From NCBI GenBank assembly GCA_900540985.1, contig UQIC01000007.1, positions 1,773-65,772 on the forward strand: a DNA stretch of 64,000 bases. The letters run 5' to 3'. The position numbers were made by a program, and so were the translations under genes. Origin of the DNA: an uncultured Collinsella sp. GTDB taxonomy: Bacteria; Actinomycetota; Coriobacteriia; Coriobacteriales; Coriobacteriaceae. The notes under the pieces are model-generated. The model was not told the origin of the DNA and ran no database searches. It worked only from the letters and a program-made list of their open reading frames with translations. The number at the start of each line of letters is the position of its first letter. Within the stretch, counting starts at the first letter, position 1. Shown piece by piece: positions 44,678 through 52,364 of this stretch.

Positions 44678-44920
44678 GCCGCTCGCAATCTTTCAAAAGG
44701 TTTCGAACAAATAGTAGCTCACCGCGCAATGTTTCTCATCTTTCGACAACTTTTCAAAACCTGTTGAAAACTTTGGAAAACGGGCGAAAAGTTCTCAACA
44801 TTGCCAACATGACCTGTTGAAAACTCGATGAAATATCGTGAAAAGTTGTCATGCACCGCTAAATCGAGCTTGGCTTATGGGGGAACCGTGTGAACTGCGC
44901 AACCTTTTACCTTTGATTTC
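44678..44920. promoter_or_regulatory. DnaA-box-like repeat cluster (candidate primary oriC / inc region)
   Basis: At least 8 copies of TTTTCAACA / TTTCGACAA / TTTCGAACA-like 9-mers in both orientations. These include two exact CCTGTTGAAAAC 12-mers at 44760 and 44812. Genes diverge from this point. Confidence 0.45.
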
Positions 44921-44950
44921 TTGACATTTGAACATTGATTTCCCTACAAT
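44921..44950 (+). promoter_or_regulatory. Sigma70-type promoter of rpmH operon (TTGACA-18-TACAAT)
   Basis: Consensus -35 and -10 hexamers about 70 nt upstream of rpmH. Confidence 0.45.
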
Positions 44951-45022
44951 CTTCAAGCTCACGTGTCTATATCTGCGTCCGCGTCCCCGCGGACACTCGA
45001 AATGCAGCAGGAGGAACTTAAG

Positions 45023-45157
45023 ATGAAGCGTACGTATCAGCCTAATAAGCGTAAGCGTGCCAAGACCCATGGCTTCCGTGCCCGTATGGCCACTAAGGGT
45101 GGTCGTGCCGTGCTCGCTCGTCGTCGCGCCAAGGGCCGCAAGCGTCTCACTGTCTAG
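45023..45157 (+). CDS. rpmH: 50S ribosomal protein L34
   Basis: [54 protein letters not shown]. Confidence 0.9.
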   Translation: MKRTYQPNKRKRAKTHGFRARMATKGGRAVLARRRAKGRKRLTV

Positions 45158-45177
45158 CAGCGATACACACATCTCGC

Positions 45178-45516
45178 ATGAAGACTATTAAGTCTCGGCA
45201 AGATTTCGAGCATGTGTTCAGTCAGGGGCGTCGTTTTAATCACCCTCTGATTCGAATGACCATATGTGAATCGGTTGGCGAAGGCGACTCCGGAAGGGTC
45301 GCCTTCGTTGGTGCTAAACGGCTCGGTTGCGCTGTCGTGCGCAACCGTTCTAAGCGTGTGATGCGCGAGGCCGCCCGCAGCTGCGGATTTCCCGTTGCGG
45401 GTTATGACATCATCTTGTTCGCAACTCCCAAGACGAGGGTTTCCTCGCCGCAGGAGATGGACAAGGCATTGCGTTTGCTTATGAAACGCGCCGGCGTTGC
45501 CGGGGAGGAGCGATGA
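45178..45516 (+). CDS. rnpA: RNase P protein component
   Basis: RnpA motif ...RNRSKRVMREAAR.... Follows rpmH. Confidence 0.9.
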   Translation: MKTIKSRQDFEHVFSQGRRFNHPLIRMTICESVGEGDSGRVAFVGAKRLGCAVVRNRSKRVMREAARSCGFPVAGYDIILFATPKTRVSSPQEMDKALRLLMKRAGVAGEER

Positions 45517-45737
45517 GCAATCACGTTTTGCGACGTGTTGCCATCGCTCCTATTCGCATATATCAACAGGTTATTTCGCCCTTATTGCCTGACGCCTGCA
45601 TTTATTACCCAACGTGCTCGCAATACGCCGTCCAGGCGATTGAGAAGTACGGTGTTTTTAGAGGCTGCTGGCTTGCCGTGAGGCGCATCGCTCGCTGTAA
45701 TCCCCTGCACGTCGGCGGTTATGACCCTGTGCCCTAG
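45513..45737 (+). CDS. yidD: Membrane protein insertion efficiency factor YidD
   Basis: Conserved CxxxPTCSxYA, here CIYYPTCSQYA. Confidence 0.85.
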   Translation: MSNHVLRRVAIAPIRIYQQVISPLLPDACIYYPTCSQYAVQAIEKYGVFRGCWLAVRRIARCNPLHVGGYDPVP

Positions 45738-45766
45738 CGGGCACTCGCTATCGGAGGAAAACTTAC

Positions 45767-46537
45767 ATGTGGGATTGGATCGTTAACATCCTTTTCGAGC
45801 TGCTCAAGCTCATCCAGACCTTTGCGGTCGACTGGGGCCTGTCCATCATCATCCTGGTGGTCATCATCCGTCTGCTGCTGACGCCGCTTATGCTCAAATC
45901 GACCAAGTCGACGGCTCGCATGCAGGTGCTGCAGCCCAAGATGCTCGAGATCCAGGAGCGCTATGCCGACGATCCCCAGCGTCAGGCCGAGGAGATGCAG
46001 AAGTTCTACAGCGAGAACAAGTTCAACCCGATGGCTGGTTGTTTGCCGCTGTTGATCCAGATGCCTGTCCTGTTCGCCCTGTTTACGTTGCTGCGCAACT
46101 TGCCGCAGTACTTTAACGACGGCACGTTCTCGTTCTTCAACATCCTGCCCGACCTGACCACCACGCCGAGCGCTTCCTTTGCCGATGGCTTTATGGTTGC
46201 GCTGCCTGCGCTGGTCTGCCTGATTCTGTTCGCCGTCCTGACCCTGATTCCGCAGCTCTATATGTCGCGCAACCAGACCGGCCAGCAGGCTCAGAGCATG
46301 CGTATGATGGCTGTTGTCATGACGGTCATGATGCTCTGGATGGGCTGGAGCCTTCCCGTTGGTGTTCTGCTGTACTACGACGTCTCGTCTGCTTGGCAGG
46401 TTATCCAGCAGATTTTTGTGACGCAGAAGGTTATCGAGAAGGCCAAGGCCGATGAGGAGGAGCGTCTTAAGAACGCGCCGCTGCAGGTTGAGGTCACTCG
46501 TCGAGAGAAGAAGCCGCGCCCGCACAAGAAGAAGTAG
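45767..46537 (+). CDS. yidC: Membrane protein insertase YidC (short Gram-positive type)
   Basis: Five TM helices with the conserved RLLLTPL...Q.P...L motif. RBS GGAGG. Confidence 0.9.
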   Translation: MWDWIVNILFELLKLIQTFAVDWGLSIIILVVIIRLLLTPLMLKSTKSTARMQVLQPKMLEIQERYADDPQRQAEEMQKFYSENKFNPMAGCLPLLIQMPVLFALFTLLRNLPQYFNDGTFSFFNILPDLTTTPSASFADGFMVALPALVCLILFAVLTLIPQLYMSRNQTGQQAQSMRMMAVVMTVMMLWMGWSLPVGVLLYYDVSSAWQVIQQIFVTQKVIEKAKADEEERLKNAPLQVEVTRREKKPRPHKKK

Positions 46538-46554
46538 TGGGATATCAATCTTAT

Positions 46555-46566
46555 TTAGGTACCTAA
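46555..46566. repeat. 12-bp palindrome TTAGGTACCTAA (copy 1)
   Basis: Identical copy at 50059. Each is followed by C and lies within 20 nt after a stop codon. Confidence 0.5.
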
Positions 46567-46581
46567 CTTTTGGAGTACGTT

Positions 46582-47151
46582 ATGTCTGAAGAGATCATCG
46601 AGGATATGCTTGAGGAGGTTGCCCCGCAGGTCGCGGGCGATTATCCCGAGATTGCACAGCGCTACAAGGCTGGTGAAGAGCTGACCGATGAGGAGCTCGA
46701 CACCATTGCCGATGTTGCGATTTCCATCCTGCGTTCCATCCTTTCGCACTTCGATGCCGCCAACTCTCCTATCGATGAGTATGAGGGTGACGAGGGTGAG
46801 CTGATTCTGGATGTAACGGCTCCCGATCTTGCTGTTCTCATTGGCCGTCATGGTCGCACCCTTGATGCCCTTCAGGTTATGTTCTCTTTGCTGGTGAGCC
46901 GCAAGCTTGGCTTTAGGTATCCGGTTGTAGTGGACGTCGAGGGATACAAGAGCCGCCGTCAGGACAAGGTTGCCTCCATGGCTCAGTCTGCTGCCGAGCG
47001 CGCCATCCGCACTCACAAGAGTGTTTCGCTTCCGCCCATGAATGCCTACGAGCGTCGACTGGTTCACATTGCACTTCGTGGCAATGATGCGGTCGATACT
47101 CATTCTGAGGGTTCTGACCCTGATCGCCATGTAGTGATTGTTGCTCGATAA
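46582..47151 (+). CDS. jag: Jag/KhpB RNA-binding protein (KH + R3H domains)
   Basis: C-terminal R3H ...YERRLVHIALRG.... Located downstream of yidC. Confidence 0.85.
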   Translation: MSEEIIEDMLEEVAPQVAGDYPEIAQRYKAGEELTDEELDTIADVAISILRSILSHFDAANSPIDEYEGDEGELILDVTAPDLAVLIGRHGRTLDALQVMFSLLVSRKLGFRYPVVVDVEGYKSRRQDKVASMAQSAAERAIRTHKSVSLPPMNAYERRLVHIALRGNDAVDTHSEGSDPDRHVVIVAR

Positions 47152-47180
47152 TCTACTCGAGCTTATGCTAAGGGGACGTG

Positions 47181-47212
47181 GTTTCCACGTCCCCTTTTTT
47201 TGTCAAAAGTTC
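47181..47212 (+). terminator. Rho-independent terminator after jag
   Basis: AGGGGACGTGG...CCACGTCCCCT followed by T7. Confidence 0.65.
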
Positions 47213-47247
47213 TCGATACACTGATTTTTGTCAGAAAGGAGCTTTCG

Positions 47248-47985
47248 TTGTTAGTACTTACTGATCAGCAGGCTGACGAGATGTTGTGTCGTCTAACTTC
47301 CTATTGCAAAGAGTATTCCTTGAGCGTAACTGATGTTGAACTGAGGAAATGTATTCAGCATTTGGATTTGGTTCTGGAAATAAATAAGACAACCAATCTC
47401 ACCCGTATTCTTAACGTAGAAGATGCTGCAGTACTTCATATCCTTGACTCACTTGTTTTGCTCCCTTATATCGATAAGGCTCCTGAGGGAGCTTTGCTCG
47501 ATATGGGAACAGGTGCGGGCTTCCCTGGTATTCCATTAACCATAACCACGCATCGTAAAGCAACTTATATTGACTCTGTTGGCAAGAAGGTTGATGCAGT
47601 CAATTCCTTTGTCCATGCTCTTGGATTGAAACATGCTCATGCGGTCCATGATCGTCTTGAAGAATATGCTCGAAGCCATAAGAAGCAGTTCTCTGTCGTA
47701 ACCGCCCGCGCACTGGCCCCTTTACCGATTCTTGTTGAGTATGCGGCGCCGTACCTCAAGGATGGAGGGCTATTTGTTATCACCAAGGGCAATCCTTCGG
47801 ATGAGGAGCTTGCTTCCGGCATGTCAGCAGCAAAGATTTGCGGCTTCACTTTGCTTCTGAATGACGCTATCGATTTGCCTGAGGGCCTGGGCCACAGGGA
47901 GTTCATTGTTCTTAAGAAGAGTCATCCAGCATCCGTTTCATTGCCTCGTGCAAATGGCATGGCCAAGAAGAATCCGCTTGCCTAG
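47248..47985 (+). CDS. rsmG: 16S rRNA (guanine527-N7)-methyltransferase RsmG (GidB)
   Basis: SAM motif LDMGTGAGFPGIPL. TTG start 6 nt after AAGGAG. The track ORF starts 48 nt earlier at an ATG without an RBS. GC content is about 43-45%. Confidence 0.8.
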   Translation: MLVLTDQQADEMLCRLTSYCKEYSLSVTDVELRKCIQHLDLVLEINKTTNLTRILNVEDAAVLHILDSLVLLPYIDKAPEGALLDMGTGAGFPGIPLTITTHRKATYIDSVGKKVDAVNSFVHALGLKHAHAVHDRLEEYARSHKKQFSVVTARALAPLPILVEYAAPYLKDGGLFVITKGNPSDEELASGMSAAKICGFTLLLNDAIDLPEGLGHREFIVLKKSHPASVSLPRANGMAKKNPLA

Positions 47986-47986
47986 A

Positions 47987-48002
47987 TGTTTCACGTGAAA
48001 CA
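47987..48002. promoter_or_regulatory. parS site 1 (TGTTTCACGTGAAACA)
   Basis: Perfect 16-bp palindrome matching the ParB-binding parS consensus. Confidence 0.8.
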
Positions 48003-48025
48003 TAATGGATACTAACAACTTGCAG

Positions 48026-48041
48026 TGTTTCACGTGAAACA
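48026..48041. promoter_or_regulatory. parS site 2 (TGTTTCACGTGAAACA)
   Basis: Identical perfect palindrome. Confidence 0.8.
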
Positions 48042-48064
48042 TGGCGGTTGATATCGAATCGGAA

Positions 48065-48080
48065 TGTTTCACGTGAAACA
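48065..48080. promoter_or_regulatory. parS site 3 (TGTTTCACGTGAAACA)
   Basis: Identical perfect palindrome, 40 nt upstream of parA. Confidence 0.8.
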
Positions 48081-48119
48081 TCCTCCGTTTGATAGCTTTA
48101 ATACACACCAGGAGGGACC

Positions 48120-48920
48120 GTGGGATTTCGCGACGTTAAGCGTTCTAAGAGCGCAAAAGACACGCGTATTATTGCAATCATCAATCAAAAAGGCGGCGTC
48201 GGTAAGTCAACGACGGCTGTAAACCTTGCAGCAGCACTGGGTGAGCAGGGTCGTAAGACGCTGATTGTCGATTTTGATCCGCAAGGAAACAGCACTAGCG
48301 GATTTGGAATTGAAAAAGAAGACCTTGACTACTGCATTTATGATGCATTGTTGAACGATGTGCCGGCAGAATCACTTGTTCTTGATACAAATTGTAAAAA
48401 GGTATTCGTTATTCCGGCTACAATTCAGCTTGCAGGCGCGGAAATTGAGCTCGTAAGCGCAATCGCTCGTGAAACCCGCCTCAAAGATTTGCTTGAGCCG
48501 ATTCAGGACGAGTTCGATTTTATTTTCATTGACTGTCCCCCCTCGCTCGGCCTGCTTACTATCAACGCCTTGACCGCAGCAGACAGCGTTTTGATTCCGA
48601 TCCAATGCGAGTATTATGCACTCGAGGGCGTTACGAAGCTGCTTGAGTCAATGAAGATGGTCAAATCACGTCTGAACAAGGGCTTAGACACCTATGGTGT
48701 GCTTATGACCATGTATGACTCGCGTACTTCTCTATCGAATCAGGTTGTTGAGGAGGTTCAATCGTACTTTGGTGATAAGGCGTTTAAGACGCTGATCCCC
48801 CGTACGGTTAAAATCTCCGAAGCTCCGTCTTTTGGAGAACCGGTAATTACCTATGCACCTCAAAATAAGGGTGCAAAAGCGTATATGAACCTTGCAAAAG
48901 AGGTGATCAAGCGTGCCTAG
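48120..48920 (+). CDS. parA: Chromosome partitioning ATPase ParA/Soj
   Basis: Deviant Walker A KGGVGKST. GTG start after AGGAGG. Confidence 0.9.
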   Translation: MGFRDVKRSKSAKDTRIIAIINQKGGVGKSTTAVNLAAALGEQGRKTLIVDFDPQGNSTSGFGIEKEDLDYCIYDALLNDVPAESLVLDTNCKKVFVIPATIQLAGAEIELVSAIARETRLKDLLEPIQDEFDFIFIDCPPSLGLLTINALTAADSVLIPIQCEYYALEGVTKLLESMKMVKSRLNKGLDTYGVLMTMYDSRTSLSNQVVEEVQSYFGDKAFKTLIPRTVKISEAPSFGEPVITYAPQNKGAKAYMNLAKEVIKRA

Positions 48921-49818
48921 TGTAAAGAAACGTGGCGGATTGGGACGTGGACTCAATGCTTTGGTCTCAGAGGCCGAGTATGAGACCGGTGGTTCGACTA
49001 CATCGGCTGCAACTACTTCATCTGAAATAAAACTACCTATTGAGGATATCGTTCCCAACCCTAATCAGCCGCGAATTCACTTTAACGAAACTGAACTTCG
49101 TGAGCTGAGCGAGTCAATCCAAGAACATGGCGTTTTGCAGCCGCTATTGGTTCGCAAGCATGGAAACGGCTATGAGATCATTGCCGGTGAGCGTCGTTAC
49201 CAGGCGTCAAAACTTGCTGGTCTTGAGGAACTGCCTGTCATCATTAAAGATGTTAATGATGAAGAGATGCTAGCTCTTGCTCTTATCGAAAACCTTCAGC
49301 GTTCTGATCTAAATCCCGTCGAAGAGGCTAAGGGCTACCGCCAGCTTATCGATGCCAGCGGTATGACCCAGGAGGCATTGTCGAAGGCGGTAAGCAAGTC
49401 ACGTTCTGCAATTACAAACTCGCTGCGTCTTCTTGACCTCCCCGAAGTCGTGCAGCAGATGATTTTTGAGGGCAAACTTACTGCTGGTCATGCACGTGCG
49501 ATTCTTGCAGTTCCCTATGAGGATGCTCGAATTCGACTTGCTGAGAAGGTTGTTGCTGAGGGCCTTTCCGTAAGAGCGACAGAAAATCTTGCTCCGTTGT
49601 TTTCTGCCGGAGAGACACCTAAAACTCCGAGGCCTGCAACGCCCCAGTCTTTTAAAAAGGCTGCCCGCGTGCTTCGTCAGGTTTTTAATACCAACGTGCG
49701 TGTGAAGAGCTCGCGTGGAAAAAATAAGATTGAGATTGAGTTTAAAGACGAGGAAGAGCTCTCTCGTATTCTTGGCGAAATGATTCAGTTTGATCAAGGA
49801 GACCAAGATGAGGAATAG
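48913..49818 (+). CDS. parB: Chromosome partitioning protein ParB/Spo0J
   Basis: ParB box GERRYQA, HTH and CTP-binding region GLGRGL. Overlaps parA by 8 nt. Confidence 0.9.
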   Translation: MPSVKKRGGLGRGLNALVSEAEYETGGSTTSAATTSSEIKLPIEDIVPNPNQPRIHFNETELRELSESIQEHGVLQPLLVRKHGNGYEIIAGERRYQASKLAGLEELPVIIKDVNDEEMLALALIENLQRSDLNPVEEAKGYRQLIDASGMTQEALSKAVSKSRSAITNSLRLLDLPEVVQQMIFEGKLTAGHARAILAVPYEDARIRLAEKVVAEGLSVRATENLAPLFSAGETPKTPRPATPQSFKKAARVLRQVFNTNVRVKSSRGKNKIEIEFKDEEELSRILGEMIQFDQGDQDEE

Positions 49819-50062
49819 GATTTTAACTGCGATTGCATTGGCGACGACTCTCGCGGCTGGCGCCTTTGCTGGCTTTAAGATCGCGACAGACGATGATCTT
49901 CGAGGTCGTTTGCTTCGTGGTGCGCAAGATATCGTCGATACATCCAAGAAGAAAATGGATGTTATGACAGAAGATGTTGCCATGCGCACTGCTCAGGTAA
50001 CGAAGAATCCCAAGATCAATCAAGGTTGGGTTAGCAACCAATGGGAAAATGTAGGCTATTAG
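49808..50062 (+). CDS. Small hypothetical protein (84 aa) with N-terminal hydrophobic segment
   Basis: AAGGAG RBS. Overlaps the parB stop by 11 nt. Lies in the same low-GC block. Confidence 0.35.
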   Translation: MRNRILTAIALATTLAAGAFAGFKIATDDDLRGRLLRGAQDIVDTSKKKMDVMTEDVAMRTAQVTKNPKINQGWVSNQWENVGY

Positions 50063-50070
50063 GTACCTAA
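50059..50070. repeat. 12-bp palindrome TTAGGTACCTAA (copy 2)
   Basis: Identical to 46555-46566. Confidence 0.5.
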
Positions 50071-50091
50071 CAATTACCAGTATATTTTGGA

Positions 50092-50131
50092 GGGTCTTTG
50101 TCTGATTCACGAGACAAGGACCCCTTATTTT
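50092..50131 (+). terminator. Rho-independent terminator of the parAB operon
   Basis: GGGTCTTTGTC...GACAAGGACCC followed by CTTATTTT. Confidence 0.5.
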
Positions 50132-50226
50132 GCCCGTAAAAAATGGGACCAGCAGCAGCAAAGTTAAAATTGTGGTCAATAAATGAAACAGTCCCGGTTA
50201 CATATCCTGCAACCGGGACTGTTCGA

Positions 50227-50242
50227 TGTTTCACATGAAACG
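50227..50242. promoter_or_regulatory. Degenerate parS site 4 (TGTTTCACATGAAACG, 14/16)
   Basis: Lies between the parAB terminator and the rlmN 3' end, inside a hairpin region. Confidence 0.5.
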
Positions 50243-50260
50243 TTTTGGGGTGCGACTCCC

Positions 50261-51313
50261 CTATGCGTTCTTCTGAACTTTGAAGCGCTGCTTCAGCTGT
50301 CCGCAGGCGGCGTCAATATCGTTACCACGGGAGTTACGAATCGTGGTCTCGATGCCACGGGACTCAAGACGACGCTGAAGATCCTCAACCTTATGAATCG
50401 GCGACGGCTTGAGCGGGCTGCCCTCGATGTCGTTAAGCTGAATCAGGTTAACGTGGCACAGCGTTCCTTCGCAGAAGTCGCAGAGCGCCTGCATCTCGGG
50501 ATTCGTATCGTTGACGCCTTCGATCATGGCATACTCATAGGTCGGGCGGCGGCCAGTCTTCTCGGTGTAAAGCTGAAGCGCCTCGTGAAGGCGAAGCAGC
50601 GTGTACTTCTTAACACCGGGCATGAGCTTGTTGCGTGTCGACTGGATGGCGGAATGCAGGGAAACGGCAAGCGTGAACTGCTCGGGGATGTCGGCAAATT
50701 TGCGAATACCGGGAATAACGCCGCTGGTAGAGACGGTGAGGTGACGAGCGCCGATACCGATGCCATCGGGGTCGTTGAGGATTCGCAGCGCCTTGAGAAC
50801 CTCGTCGTAGTTGGCAAACGGCTCGCCCTGGCCCATGAAGACAACGCTCGTGGCACGCTCGCCAAAGGCGTTGGATACATGAAGCACCTGGTCGACGATC
50901 TCTTGAGCGGTCAGCGAGCGCTTGAGGCCGTTGAGACCGGTAGCGCAAAAGGCGCAGCCCATGCCGCAGCCTGCCTGGGTGGAAACGCAAACAGAAAGCT
51001 TGTTACGGCGGGGCATGCCGACAGTCTCGACGGAAACGCCGTCGTGGTACTCGAGCAGATACTTGCGAGAGCCATCTTTGGAAACCTGCTTGGTTAGTTC
51101 AGTCGGCGTGTCAAAGGCAAAAGCCTCTTTAAGCTGTTCGCGGAAAGCCTTGGGAAGGTTGGTCATATCGTCAAACGAACAAACGTTCTTCTCAAAGACC
51201 CATTCGATGAGCTGCTTCGCGCGGAAGGCGGGCTGGCCAAGTTCGGCCACAAGGTCGCGAATATCGTTTTGGCTCAAGTCGCGAATGTCCTGAGATTTAG
51301 TCCTGGGATTCAT
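50261..51313 (-). CDS. rlmN: 23S rRNA m2A2503 / tRNA m2A37 methyltransferase RlmN (radical SAM)
   Basis: Radical-SAM CxxxCxxC (CGMGCAFC) and C-terminal catalytic Cys. Confidence 0.9.
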   Translation of the reverse strand: MNPRTKSQDIRDLSQNDIRDLVAELGQPAFRAKQLIEWVFEKNVCSFDDMTNLPKAFREQLKEAFAFDTPTELTKQVSKDGSRKYLLEYHDGVSVETVGMPRRNKLSVCVSTQAGCGMGCAFCATGLNGLKRSLTAQEIVDQVLHVSNAFGERATSVVFMGQGEPFANYDEVLKALRILNDPDGIGIGARHLTVSTSGVIPGIRKFADIPEQFTLAVSLHSAIQSTRNKLMPGVKKYTLLRLHEALQLYTEKTGRRPTYEYAMIEGVNDTNPEMQALCDFCEGTLCHVNLIQLNDIEGSPLKPSPIHKVEDLQRRLESRGIETTIRNSRGNDIDAACGQLKQRFKVQKNA

Positions 51314-51398
51314 GGAAGCCTTTCGATTTTGGGGAAACGTAGAGGGTATCGCTACAATATGGTATCAGCTGCAGAAATTATAGAGGAGGAGTCTGCCC

Positions 51399-52364
51399 AT
51401 GCCGGGTAAAAGCCTAGAGAACATGCACGTAGCGGTCTTGGCGGGCGGTCATTCCGCTGAGCGCGAGATCTCGCTCAATTCGGGAAAGAACGTCGTGGTT
51501 GCCTTGAAGGAGGCCGGCTACACTTCGGTGGAGCTGCTCGACACGGCTGCCGATGATTTTATGGTAACCATGGCGACCGGCGGCTTTGACGTGGCGTTTA
51601 TCGCCATGCACGGTGCCGGCGGCGAGGATGGCGCCATGCAGGGCGCTATGGAGACCCTGGGTATCCCCTACACGGCCTCGGGCGTGCTTGCCAGCGCCTG
51701 CGGTGCCGACAAGGAGGTCTCTAAGCTCCTGTACGCCAAGGCGGGCATTCCCGTTGCCCCCGGCCTTGCGCTCGAGGTGGGCGATGAAGTCGATATCGAT
51801 CATATCGTCGAGGTTTGTGGCGAGCGCTGCTTTGTGAAGCCGGCCGTCAACGGTTCCAGCTATGGCATTTCCCTGGTCCATGAGCCCTCCGAGCTGCCCG
51901 CGGCAATCGCCAAGGCGTTTGAGTACGGCGACAAAGTGCTGGTCGAGAAGTGCATCGAGGGTACCGAGATCACCGTCGGCGTATACGGCGAAGATGACGT
52001 GCGCGCTCTGCCGATTGTCGAGATTCACAAGCCCGAGGACTGCGAGTTCTACGATCTGGACGTGAAATATGTCGACCCTACGGACATCCATCGCATTCCG
52101 GCGCAGATTTCACCCGAGAACTACGCTCGTGCCCAGGAGCTTGCCTGTGCCGCTCACAAGGCGCTCGGTTGCCTGGGCATCTCGCGCAGCGATTTTATCG
52201 TGAGCGAGGACGGCCCCGTTATCCTCGAGACCAATACCATTCCCGGCATGACCGATACGTCGCTGTATCCGGATGAGATCCGCCACACCGACGACATGAC
52301 GTTCCCGCAGGTTTGTGACAGTCTGATCCGTATGGGTCTTCGTCGAGCGGGCATTGCATGCTAA
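51399..52364 (+). CDS. ddl: D-alanine--D-alanine ligase
   Basis: Begins MHVAVLAGGHSAEREISL. ATP-grasp motifs. RBS GAGGAGG. Confidence 0.9.
   Translation: MPGKSLENMHVAVLAGGHSAEREISLNSGKNVVVALKEAGYTSVELLDTAADDFMVTMATGGFDVAFIAMHGAGGEDGAMQGAMETLGIPYTASGVLASACGADKEVSKLLYAKAGIPVAPGLALEVGDEVDIDHIVEVCGERCFVKPAVNGSSYGISLVHEPSELPAAIAKAFEYGDKVLVEKCIEGTEITVGVYGEDDVRALPIVEIHKPEDCEFYDLDVKYVDPTDIHRIPAQISPENYARAQELACAAHKALGCLGISRSDFIVSEDGPVILETNTIPGMTDTSLYPDEIRHTDDMTFPQVCDSLIRMGLRRAGIAC

Noticed and set aside
43544-44767. 407-aa plus-strand ORF
   Set aside because: Antisense to the ATPase-HTH gene. It is Leu/Arg/His-rich and is the mirror image of the CAG/CAA repeats.
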